NCBI GenBank assembly: GCA_964016885.1 | Contig: OZ024745.1 | Coordinates: 29,450,001 to 29,514,000, forward strand | Direction of reading: 5' to 3' | Length of the DNA stretch: 64,000 bases | From: Eledone cirrhosa | Lineage: Eukaryota | Part shown: piece after piece, positions 39,913 through 54,729 of the stretch | Layout: the number at the start of each line of letters is the position of its first letter | Position numbering within the stretch: the first letter of the stretch is position 1 | Translations under genes and position numbers: made by a program | Notes under the pieces: generated by a model | Databases searched by the model: none | The model's input: the letters and a program-made list of their open reading frames with translations, nothing else | Told to the model about the DNA's origin: nothing

Positions 39913-40801
39913 ATGTTACTATTCTAGTATTGTTGTATTGACTCAGCTTGATATTTCTATTCTATGACAGTCAACATTCAACATATACAATAGATGCTGG
40001 AGATGTCAGGCAGAATACGGAATAGAAGTATATGTGTTGTGTCAGAATTAGAGAATAATAGTATATAGATTATTACATGTGTCATATTTGATCAGAAACT
40101 CGATAAAATTGAGTGATGGATAATGATTGCCTACTCTTAATGATAAAGGACTAATGCACATACATACATGGAGGCTAACACATGCATACTTTCAAATAAA
40201 CACATGTATATGCATGTACACACATACACAAATATACATACACACATATGCATGCACATCCACAGAAACACGCATGTACATGTATGTACAAATATACATT
40301 CATATACATACACACATATAAATGCTCACTCACAAACGCACACATGTACATGCATATACACATATACAAACATATACATACACACAATTATATATGTACA
40401 TGCATTATACACTTATACACATATACACACATATACATTTATACATACACAGACACATATACACATATGCAAAAACACATACATGTACATGCATGTACAC
40501 ACACATACAACATTTGACCTATAAGGAAATCAGGTTTTCAAATATAAAATATTCTGATGCAATCATGGTCAGTGCCAGATTTACAGATAGACTAAGTGGT
40601 GCTGCAGCCCAGAACCCTGAGGCTGCAGCCAAGTGCCCCATACTCATGAGGGTCCCATACAGCCAAGTGCCCCATAGTCCAAGGGCTCCCATGTAACTCA
40701 GTGTCTCCTTTACTGTGTGGACTTGGGTGGGGGAGGTGTTTGGATTGGGGGGGGGGGTAAGCATAGGGGCGTGTGTGAGGGGTGGAGTGTTAGGAGGTGG
40801 G

Positions 40802-40851
<50 letters not shown>

Positions 40852-40954
40852 TTTTGTGACATTATATGTATCATGTATTGTGTGTCCCCCTACTTGTCCT
40901 TCTTCCTTGTTCTGGTGGCTAGGCTCGATGGAGCCTGCAACCTTCGATATACTT

Positions 40955-41020
40955 TTGTTTATAGGCTCTGATGATTCCTGCCCTAGGGTATGGATGAAAC
41001 ACTGTTAGCAAATAAAACAA
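40955..41020 (+). ncRNA. Type I minimal hammerhead ribozyme
   Basis: gct-CTGATGA(40968-40974)-t-tcc-tgccc-ta-gggta-t-gga-t-GAAA-cactg-TT-agc. Outer helix ttgttt/aaacaa. Confidence 0.7.
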
Positions 41021-41064
41021 TGTATTTCTAAGCACTCTTTCGTTATTCCTGAAATTCTATATAT

Positions 41065-41122
<58 letters not shown>

Positions 41123-41123
41123 G

Positions 41124-41155
<32 letters not shown>

Positions 41156-41173
41156 TGTATGTATGTATGTATG

Positions 41174-42606
41174 TAGTTAGGTCTTTCCATGACGACATGA
41201 AGGCTTGGGTTAATGTCGGAGGTAACATGTCGGAGCCTATCTCAGTAAAAAATGGAGTGAAACAGGGGGATATCCCAGCACCGACCCTGTTTGCCATATA
41301 CTTTGCATATACTGTATTGCATTCAGGAATTGTGAGCATGGTGTTTACATCCGATATCGAACCTCAGGCAGCATATTTAACATCAGGCGCTTTGCTGCAA
41401 AGACAAAAGTATTTACATCAATCATAATGTATGCAGATGATTGCAATCTTGTAGCGCACACAGAGAGTGATATGCAGCACATTTTGAATGCATTTTCTGA
41501 CGCTTGCACTGCCCTAGGATTGACTGTCAGTCTCAAGAAAACCGTCGTCATGTACCAACCTGCCCCTGGTAAGCAGTACACTGAACCAAATATCTATGTG
41601 TATGGTAAATGACTTGAAGTGGTTGATCAGTTTGTCTACCTGGGAAGCACTGTCAATCGATACAGCAACCTTGACAGTGAAATCTCACTTAGGATTAGAA
41701 AAGCAAGTGATGCTTTCGGAAAGCTAGAAAGGCGACTCTGGAGTCGGCGAGACATATGCAGGAGGACAAAAGTAAAGGTGTACAAGGCATGTGTGCTCTC
41801 TTGTCTTCTTTATGCCTGCGAGACCTGGGTCACATATCGACACCACCTTAAGCAATTGGAGCGTTTCCATCAGATGCGTCTCAGATGGATCCATGGCGTT
41901 CACTGGAGGGACCACATCAGTGATGTCAAGATTTTGGAAAGCTCTGTGACAGTATAGAAGCTTTTGTGCTTAAGCAACGACTCCGTTGGGGTGGTCACCT
42001 TGCCCGGATGAAGGATTATAGAATACCAAAACAACTCTTTTATGGAGAGTTGGTTAAAGGAAAATGACCGTCACATAAACCAAAAAAGAGGTATAAGGAT
42101 TCCTTGAAAGCCTCTTTGAAAGACGCTAACATCTCTGCTGATACATGGGAAAATATTGCTGCTGATCGTAATAAATGGAGAAAGACTGTATATGAGGGAA
42201 ATGTTGCCTTTGAGGCATCTCGAATCGCATACGAGAAAGTAAAGTGGGATGTGAGGAAGGGCATTGCTGTTGCACTTCCAGACGGCAAGGGTCCTCCTAT
42301 GGTGCTGACATGCAGCGTCTGTGCGAGACTTTGCCTAAGCAAAGCTGGACTCGAAAGTCATCTTCGCAGTCATAAAGTAAGACCAGTGGTTGACTACCAG
42401 GCTGCTGTCGGAGATACTACTCATCATGCTTGCCAAACATGTGGTAGAGAATGTAAATCAGCAGGAGGGCTCAAGCGACATGCAAAAGTACACGAACGCC
42501 AACCACAGCCGGCTATTCTCAGTGAATGTTTTGGTTGCCGACTCTGTGCAAGACATTTTAGATCATTGGCTGGGCTAAAAAGCCACATTCGATCGCAGCG
42601 CTGTTA
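41174..42606 (+). mobile_element. 5'-truncated RTE (BovB-like) LINE with three C-terminal C2H2-type zinc fingers
   Basis: GVKQGDIPAPTLF, MYADD, FVYLGS, LLYACETW, RIPKQLFYGEL, then three CxxC-x12-H units. Contains stops and frameshifts. Confidence 0.88.
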
Positions 42607-42671
42607 GTTGCTATCGTGTGTGTGTGTGTATAGATATGTCTATGTGTGTGCATGTGTGTATATATATATGT

Positions 42672-42880
42672 ATCATCATCATCATCATCATCAGGTTTAG
42701 CGTCCGTGTTCCACGCTTGCATGGGTTTGGACGGGGGTTTTCCCACTTGAGGCAAGAGTGGTTGTCTTGCTCGCATAGGACTGTCTGGCGGGTTTTCTAC
42801 AGTTGGATGCCCTTCCTAACACCAACCACATTTACAGTGTGGGGCTGGGAGGTTTTTACCGTGTTGCCTACACGGCCATA
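42672..42880 (-). mobile_element. RTE 3'UTR fragment with (GAT)n tail
   Basis: Reverse complement of 59553-59755. Confidence 0.85.
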
Positions 42881-43170
42881 TGTATATTATTATTGTTGTT
42901 GTTGTCGTTATTATTATTGTTGTTATTATTATTATTATTATTGTTATTAATGTATATGTGTGTATATATATATATATGTGTATATATATATGTATGTGTG
43001 TATATATATATATATTTATATATATATATATTTATATATATATATATTTATATATATATTTCTTTTTTTTTCTTTTCTTTTCTTTTTTATTTATTTATTA
43101 TTTTTATATTTTATTTATTTTCTCGTGCAATGGCCATACTCGATAACGAGGGGCAGCCATCATCATGCAT

Positions 43171-43214
<44 letters not shown>

Positions 43215-43239
43215 ATATATATATATGTATGTATGTATG

Positions 43240-43275
<36 letters not shown>

Positions 43276-43355
43276 ATGAAGGAAATGTGGTAAGGAACCA
43301 GGTGGACCATAACGCACCAAAGTACTCAATACTTAGGGTAGTAGAGTGGGTAATA

Positions 43356-43424
43356 GGAATGAGTAGGACCCCGACGGCTGAGCTCAAGCCGTTTCGACGG
43401 CTAATTCTGGACTCAATTAGCCGT
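43356..43424 (-). ncRNA. 5'-truncated canonical hammerhead (lacks CUGANGA)
   Basis: Minus strand: acggctaatt-gagtccag-aattagccgt-c-GAAA-cggct-tgagctc-agccg-TC-gggg. Confidence 0.6.
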
Positions 43425-43426
43425 TG

Positions 43427-44120
43427 AGGACTCCCCCCTTTTTTATATGTAACCCATTTGCAACGCCGCAGCTCCATTATTATCATATTTACACATATTT
43501 TTTCCTCTGCTGCCACCCGTCTGTTTCTCTCTTTGTATCTTTACCCTTTCTAGCAGTCTCTCTCTCTGTTAGCCTCTTCCTCAACTTTCACTCACTCATA
43601 CCCTGTCACTACCTCTCCTCCACTCCTCTTTCTTCCCGCTTGACCTGTCCGATTTCTTTTCTCGCGCACTCTTGGCCAAGCCGGTATGAATTTTTTTCTC
43701 TCTCTCTCTCGTCTGCGTCTTCACAGAACTTATGTTTACCGAATTCGCAGACCAGACCCCTTCTTCTTCTTCTTCTCGTTAGACCTGTGCGAAATTCCTT
43801 CCTTGCTCACATTTCAACCAGGTCTGATGGTCTTTATTCTCTAGTAGTTCACGATTTTATCGAGTTTATATTCATAGAAATCTGGGACTTGTCTCTTTCC
43901 TCTCACTTTCTGTTGCTTAAACCATTTTGTTTGTTCACCCTAACGTTCTCTTTATTTATGTGTCCCAACGACTTTTTTTAGCCGTTGTTCGCACCAACCT
44001 GAGGTATATGGCCCTTAAAGCGATGAAATGCCTGGGACGGTTGGAGGGTCACTGATGAAGGACTCCCCCCTTTTTTATATGTAACCCATTTGCAACGCCG
44101 CAGCTCCATTATTATCATAT
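43427..44120 (+). mobile_element. Retrozyme-like non-coding element, 632-bp period with 62-bp terminal direct repeats
   Basis: Matching repeats at 43427-43488 and 44059-44120, CT-rich body, ends in (TA)n, contains the permuted HHR motif. Confidence 0.65.
43962..44063 (+). ncRNA. Candidate non-circularly permuted hammerhead ribozyme, copy 2
   Basis: gtcc-caacgact-tttttt-agccgttg-t-tcgc-a-ccaacc-tga-ggtaTA-tggccct-taaa-gcga-t-GAAA-tgcc-tgg-gac-ggttgg-agggtca-CTGATGA-a-ggac. Predicted cleavage after 44008. Confidence 0.75.
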
Positions 44121-44121
44121 A

Positions 44122-44215
<94 letters not shown>

Positions 44216-44217
44216 TA

Positions 44218-46623
<2,406 letters not shown>

Positions 46624-47257
46624 CACCCAGCACTCACTGTAAATGAGGTTGGTGTTAGGAAGGGCATCCAGCTGTAGAAATCAAGCCTGAGTTCAATTCC
46701 TGGGCCAGGCTATGCGTTATGTCCTTGAGCAAGACACTTTATTTCACGTTGCTCCTTCTACCCGGAGTTGCGACCGATAGATAGTATTAGCAATTGGAAA
46801 GACCAATGGAAACATTGTTTCCTCGGTCCGATTTGACGAAAGTCGATATATATAAAACAAAGTAAAATATTGAAAATATCAAGTGAGTTAAGTCATGCCA
46901 GTAATTTTCAAGCTCAATGTGTTTCAACAATCAGTAAAGAGAATGAATCTATTCATGCAAGTTGTAATTCTTATGGAATCAGGAATTAAATCTTAGGTAA
47001 ACCATTCCGATGTGTTGTACAAATGCAGGTGTATAGAACATTTAAACGATAAATACACAAGAATGGCGAAGAAATTTAAGACATTTCAATAGTGTTACAC
47101 TTGTTTCTACAATAGGAAATATGAAATAAGAAATTGGCAAAGATTTCATTTAAGGTACATTTTAGAATAAAGGAATACATAAATATACCCAAATCTCAGT
47201 ATCAAATCATTTAATTTACCTTAGAACCTCATTCTGCATGACTTTTGTATCTTTGAA

Positions 47258-47291
<34 letters not shown>

Positions 47292-47343
47292 AGCAGAGTC
47301 AGTATCTCATACACATCTTCAGTTTATCGGTCGATTGCTTGGA

Positions 47344-47375
<32 letters not shown>

Positions 47376-48239
47376 CGAGAGTTACATAGATAGATAGATA
47401 TCTGTACATATAGCTGTTTTTCTATGTGCATACATTTACATCTACTACATATACATATATACTCATATATGCATTCAAGTATATGCTTAAGGTTTCACAA
47501 AACATTGCAGAACACATCTACACACAAACATAAATGCATGCATACACACACACGCACACACTTCTGCACATGCATAGATCTATACACACACCCACACACA
47601 AACAAACAAACATATCCACATACACTCTAGAAGACATCTCCCACCCATTTCACACATATCCATGCAAACATACATATACACCTACACATACTTCACATAC
47701 ACATACTCCGTTTACACCCATACACACAAACTCACTTATACACTCCAACACACACATACACTCATACACACACTCACTCCACATTCACTCTTACACACAC
47801 ACAATCAAACATATATACACTATTGGGAATAGATAAAAAAATGCTATATCTTCATTACCATTAGATTATCCTATTTATTTAGCAAAGCGTAAATTACAAT
47901 GTAACCTCGCCTGAATCAAGTCTTATTAGGTTATTGTCCAAACAAACCAAAGGATATTTCATTGAAAAACATCCATTTTATCCAATTATTCTCCTTTTTA
48001 TTTATTCCTTCTCTTTTTCAGTCATTTGTTTCTTTAGTGAAGGTACGTGGCTTAGTGGTTAGAGAATTGGATACGCAATTGTGAGGTTGTGAGTTTGATA
48101 CCTAGACTGGGTGATGTGTTATGTCCTTGAGCAAGACACTTTATTTGCTGTTGTTCTTTAGTTCAATTTAACAAGTGTCACCCCACTCAAAGGTCTGGGA
48201 TCTTGCCAACCGTCTCTCCTTTCTTCTTTTCAGTCATTC

Positions 48240-48670
48240 CTACAAGATCAGAAAACAACACAGCTCCCATGACTTTCGTAGAGATTTTTTCACGCTCAGA
48301 GTTGCTGAAGCATGGAACAAACTGCCTGCGTCAGTTGTTAGCTGCCGAGACACTGCATCCTTTAAGACACTCATGCTTCCCGAAATACGCCAAACTACAC
48401 CTGATGTACCCCTTCCATACACATGCACACATGTGCACTGTTCATTATACTGATGTTTGTGCATTGCCTTATGTACTGTACATGCACTTTTTTGATGAGT
48501 TGTGGTGCACCTGGGCACTGTACACAATATTTCATTATTGTTATTATTATTATATCATGACTCATACACTGTTCATTTTCCTGACATTTGTACATTATTC
48601 TATGTACTATACATGCACCTTTGATGAGTTGTAGTGCACCTGAGCACTGTACACAATAATTTCATTATTA
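48240..48670 (+). mobile_element. CR1 3' fragment with duplicated terminal segment
   Basis: Matches 10098-10410; the last about 115 bp are repeated at 48555-48670. Confidence 0.85.
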
Positions 48671-49442
48671 TTCCTTTTTTTCTTTCTTCATTCTTTTTCT
48701 TTATCATCAATTCATTTCTCTTTTTCATTCCTCTTTATCTTTTTCATTCACTTATGTTCTTTTTTATTCAATTCTTTCACTATTTCATTGAATTCTTTTC
48801 TCTTTTTCATTCATTTCTCTCTTTCCCATTCGTTTAAAAACTTTTCATTCATCTTTTATTTTTCATTGAAATCTTTCTTTTTTTCATTCATTTATTTCTT
48901 CTTCATTCATCTATTTTATATGTTTCATTTATTTATTTCTCTTTTTCATGGTATTTTCATTCTTTTTTATTGTTTATTTATTTCCTCTTTTTTTTTATTT
49001 ATTTTTCATATATTTCCTTCATCTTTCTCTATTTTATTCATTCATTCCTTTCTTTTATCTTCCTTCCTTCTTTAATTCTTTTACATCTCGTTTATTATCT
49101 ATTTTTATCTGTTGATCTGTGTGTTTTTCCATTTCACTCCACATCCACTATGCCAATAGGAGTTTAATACTACAACTTTCATATAGTTTTCTCTCTTTCA
49201 CTCTTTCCTCTCTCCCCCTCTGTGTCCATCACTTTTCTCTCTCTCTCCTTGTCTCTTGTTGTCACTGATTTAAAATCCTAATATTTTGTGAGAAAAAGAA
49301 AGAGGCCACAGTCTTCCATTGTTCAGCACTGTTATTTGATTATAGTTAAATGTACAAGCACACTATGACTTCATTATTGTAATGAAACTGAATTATAAGG
49401 TATTATAAGGTTTTATATATATATAATCATCATCATCATTAT

Positions 49443-49478
<36 letters not shown>

Positions 49479-49544
49479 TATAAAATCCTTCTCATAATAT
49501 TACATATAATCCTCTATTATATGCTGCTGACCCACCATCTTGTA

Positions 49545-50335
49545 GCTGTAAAAATCACCAGTGTCAAACAACATGGTTTAATCTCCCTTATGGAATTCAC
49601 ATTATCTCTTATATTCCTAAACTATTCTTTAGCATGACAGATAAAAATTTCCCACCTGAACTTAGGTATCATAAATTGATAAATAAAAGCACCATAAAAA
49701 TATCCTTCATGCCACCTAATCTTTAGTAAACACTGAAAAATTTCAAAGCTAAACTTATCTAACAACATTCAAAACGATACTTTGAGGAGTTAATCAAACA
49801 AATATGAACTATCATAATAAATTAACAAACTATCTGAACCGAAACTACACACCACTTAACTAGCATGTACTCAAATAAACTACCTGAACCGTAACTATAC
49901 ACCACTTAACTAGCATGTCCTCAAATAAAGTTACTAACTCTAACTCTGAATGTAACTGAAGAGTTTCTATTAATTGTTTCCTAAATGGCTACTGCCTTAG
50001 GAAAAATATAGTATGTAAATGCACTATCTACACCCCTAAGTCAACCAATTTCTATATAGGGGCTATGAGTGATTCTTATAAGACTCATTATAATTCCCAT
50101 TTCCATTGTTTTAAGAAAGGATTTCAGCAGCTCTACCTCCTTGGCTCAGTTTATTTCTACCTTTAAAAAAGCTTCTTATCAACTACAGTGGCCTATAATT
50201 GATTCTGCAAAGGGTTATGATGGCAACAGAAAATCTTGTACCCTTTGTTTTTCAGAAGCATTTGAGATTACTATGTCCCACTGTCAACTCTTAAATCATA
50301 GAAATGAGCTACTTATTGCATGTCCACATTTCTAG
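49545..50335 (+). mobile_element. Decayed Penelope-like element 3' region (GIY-YIG endonuclease)
   Basis: TWFNLPY, CFLNGYCL..NIV, FYIG, CTLCFSE...LLNHRNELLIACPH. Confidence 0.7.
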
Positions 50336-52042
50336 CATATTATTTTTTCTATATGATATATGTCCCAACATAATTTAGCTTACATGTTTAACCTATGTAT
50401 TTGTTTAGATTTGTTTGATTTGTCTAGTATTTTACCTATTTCATTCCAAATATTGATTACTCAACTATATCCTCCTATTTTTGCATTTTTATTTTTTCAA
50501 ATTTACCGTTTATGTTTAGCTTTGTTAATTTATATTTTTTATCTCTTATTTTAATGTCCACTCTCCCTGCTAGCAATGGTTGGGCAGGTTCATATAGAAC
50601 AAGTCAGTACTGAAGTGGAGTCACTGATCTCCCAGGCAGGCCAGGGTCCTTCTGTCTGACAACTTTCTATGACTGGATGCCCTTTCTATCATCAACCACT
50701 TTACAGTGTGATTGGGTGCATTTATCGTGTAGATCACCGACACTAGGGAGACTGTTACGTTGATGACATGACTGAAGGGTCCTCCTGACTCTTTGTTTGT
50801 TTGCTTGGTATGCTCTCCATGGTTATATATATATATAATAATAGTCCCCTCCTCTCATTTTTCTTATATATATTCATGTGTGTGTGTTGTGTGTGTGTAT
50901 GTATGTGTATGAGTGTGTATATCATCATCATCATCATCATCATCATCATTTTACGTCCGCTTTTCCCTGCTTGCAAGGGTGGGATGGGAACTGATTCTGG
51001 CTTGATTTCTACAGCTGGATGCCCTTCCTAACACCAACCTCATTTACAGTGAGTACTTATATATATATGTATATATATAAGTATGGAAACATGAGAAAAG
51101 GAGACTCAAACATTCAAATCACATCATAATCATGTTATTGGTGAGTATTATGTTAGAAAATCTTATTAACATCCAAATATTCTCTGACTTCTGTTCAATG
51201 GTATTTTAATTGGTGATAAATCAAATAAATATGAGGAGATACAATATCAAATTCCTTTTCATAGTGATTGGAAAATACACCATTCTGATATCCATAATTT
51301 CCTGAGAGATATCAATTTTAAACTGGAAGAAACCGTGCTCAAATTTGAAATCAGATTGCTGAGGTACAGTCATATGTTGTAATGATTAACTCTATTTCAT
51401 CTGAATCCAACCCCAGTTCTGTTTATTTTAAAGTTTATATAAAAACCTTTGTTTAGTTATGTTCCATACACCATTTTAATCTTTTTGATACTAAAGTGCT
51501 TCAAACTGACCTTCAGTTCTATGATACAAAACTGTATTAAAGTGTTTATATTTATCTAAAGAATCTTCAAATATAATTTTATGTAATTTTATGTTCCAAA
51601 TTTCAACTTAACCCTTAACAGGAAACCATATTAACAAGACATTCTTGAAAACTACAAAAGAGTACTATACTGCATCACATAAAAATTAGTTTTTTGTTTA
51701 CTGCAAATTTTTACAATGATCAGTCCACCATTAAAAATACTATAAACATTTGAATTAACATATCTGTTTTTAGATATTTTCTGCTAAATCCCCAATTAAA
51801 ACTATCCTTGTTTCTATGATACAAAACGGTTTGTTTTTAAGTTTTTATATTTATCTAAAAACCTTCCCTCATAATTTTATGTTAGAACATTTGTTAAGTT
51901 ATGTTCCACACACCAGGTTAATTATTTGATACCAAACCATTTGAAACCACCCCTGGTTCTATGACATGAAACTTTGTTTTAAAGTGTTTGTATTAATCAA
52001 AAAACTTTCTGTTGTAATTTTTTGTAGGAATATTTGTTATTT

Positions 52043-52650
52043 TGGCAGTATTGGTAGAGGGTTGGACGCCATGCTTTCTAGCATAGTTACGTCCCTTTAC
52101 AGTCTGAGTTCAAATCCCGCCGAGGTTAACTTTGCCTTTCATCCTGACGGGGTTGATAAAATAAAGTACCAGTAATGTACTGGGTAATTGCTGGCCTTGT
52201 GCCTAAAGTAGAAACAATTATTAAAGGGCATTGGGTTGGCAGTATTGGTAGAGGGTCGGACGCCCTGCTTTGTAGCATAGAGTTATGGCCCTTTAGGATC
52301 TGAGTTCAGATCCCGCCGAGGTTAACTTTGTCTTTCATCCTTACGGGGTCGATAAAATAAAGTACCAGTCACGCACTGGGGTCGATTTAATCAACTTTCC
52401 CCTCCCCCAAAATTGCTGGCCTTGTGGCTACATAAGAAACCATTATTATTAAAGGGAGTTGGGTTGGCAGTATCGGTAGAGGGTCGGACGCCATGCTTAG
52501 CAGCATAGAGTTACAGCTCTTTATGGTCTGAGTTCAAATCCTGCCAAGGTTAACTTTGCCTTTCATCCTTTCGGAGTCAATAAAATAAAGTACCAGTAAT
52601 GCACTGGGATAATGGTTGGCCTTTTGCCAAAAGTAGAAACAATTATTATT
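52043..52650 (+). mobile_element. Three head-to-tail family A SINEs
   Basis: Units at about 52043-52222, 52226-52450 and 52455-52650, each with A/B boxes and an ATT tail. Confidence 0.85.
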
Positions 52651-52654
52651 AGGA

Positions 52655-53122
52655 CTAGCAGAAAAACGGCCCTTCGGGTGGTGTGTAGTGTGTATATTAA
52701 TATTATACGCAACTATATATGCATGTAGATATGATACATCAAATAAAATCGTAATTGACAATATACACAGAAATTGATTGAAGATTGTTACACTGTCTTA
52801 TGTAATCAGTAACGTAATCCATGATACATTAAAAAAAGACAATATTATATATAAACTGCATTAGAAGAAAATTAGTGACAAAAATATATTAATATTTATT
52901 TAAATGATCGCTAACCGGAAGTGTTGACATTTGAAAATTTTAAAGAAGTGAATCTTTAAATAAATAATAAAATATATTTAATGAACAGCCACGAAATTTA
53001 GTAGATAAATTATGTAATATTCATTCATTATTTATTCAAAGTAATCCAACTTATTTTACTAAGGGTGTAAAAAATTATAAACCGTACGCAGTCCCACGCT
53101 TCTTACTTTATTATAGTTTAGA
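52655..53122 (-). mobile_element. Non-autonomous Helitron
   Basis: Minus strand starts TC and ends CTAG, inserted between A and T with no TSD. Subterminal hairpin at 52669-52679 (plus gcccttcgggt). Confidence 0.7.
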
Positions 53123-53679
53123 TGGTGCATTGGTAGTATTGGAAGAACATTGGAAAACATGATTTGTGTCGTGTAGCTACAGTTCTTTACTTTCCAAGTT
53201 CAAATCCTGCCAAGATTAGCTTTGCTTTACATTATTATGTAGTTGATAAAATAAAAGACTATTAATGAACTGTGGTTGATTTAATCGACTATCATTATAC
53301 CTTCAAATTGCTGGCCTTTTGCCAAAAGTAGAAACAATTATTATTATCGTTATTGAAGATGAGACTAGAGATGACCGAAACAACAGAGAGACAGCCTTTA
53401 CAGTACTTAATTTTTTATTCCATCTAAGTTAGGAAATGAAATATTTATCCAATTAATATTAGTGGGAGTTGATAAGTAGTTGACTGGATCAAATAAGAAC
53501 TTCAATTTAGAATCTTAGAGATAGATAGATGTTGAAGAGAAAGTCAGCTTTATCACAGGCCTCACCTTTTCAAAATATTTGACCTTGTTTCTTGACAAAT
53601 GAAATCATTATAATCCAAGCCACACCATAAACTTCTTCGTCATCAATCATTCAGTAATTATAGGACATTCATTTAAATA

Positions 53680-53892
53680 CGAGGGTCAGCTGATAAGTTC
53701 ATAGGCAGAAAAGTTCATAGGCTAACCAAGGTACTCTCATGGAATGATCAAATGAGGTTTATTTTTCAACATAGTCCTTGGAAAGAAACAATACAGTTAT
53801 TAATAACAAGAGTTCAAATTAATGCATGCAATATTTCACAGCTCTAGCAACACTCCTTCATAGTCAGCCTATGAATTTTCAGCCCACCTTCG
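53680..53892. mobile_element. mariner-type MITE
   Basis: TA-flanked; inverted relative to 7157-7354. Confidence 0.8.
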
Positions 53893-54729
53893 TATGTTAT
53901 TAAACTCGAAGTAATAAGTATTTCATTCTTTATGTTATGAAAGCATGTGGCTTAGTAGTTATGATGTTCAGTTGACAATTGTAATGTCAAGAGTTGGATT
54001 CCTGTCCACTCATCTGGAAAATACAAGTTGTAGCTGTAATTCTAAATGCCAGCTTTGTTACACGTGTTAGACTGAATCTCCCTGTGGAATGTTCATTTTC
54101 TTGTATGCAAATTCCATGAGTAGGATGGCTTGTTGCTCAAACAACTGAAACATTCATCATTGGAAGGAGGTTTAATACATTTAAACATCAACCAATAAAA
54201 AAAAATCCATATGTGGATTGGGAGAGGCATATCTCTGAAAACTGATCATGCTTCAGGTTCAGACATGTCTGTGAGGCTAAGGAGTTTGCAGCTGCATGGT
54301 TTGGGTTTCAGTTATACTGCATGGCACTTTAGGCTAAATGTCTTTTGACTATAGCCTGGGAACAGAAAAATAGTGATGGTGTCTAGGCTCTCACTGTTGC
54401 CTCAATCAAACCCTGCTTACTGCAGTTGCTATGGGAAACCAACTGCATCCAAATCATTGATGGCAGTATGATAAAGTAGTTTACAAGGGGTAAGCTAAAT
54501 ATTATCAAGAAGTGAAGAATCACTACACATACATATACACACTGTAAATATGGATGGCATTAGGAAAGGCATCCAAACATAGAAACCAAGCCAAAATCAG
54601 TTCTGTATGAGCAAAACATGGTTATCTGACCTGACTTGTCTCACAATGGGACAGCGCGTCTAACCCATGCTAACATGGAAAATGAACATAAAACACTAAT
54701 GATAATGATGATGATATATGTATGCATGT

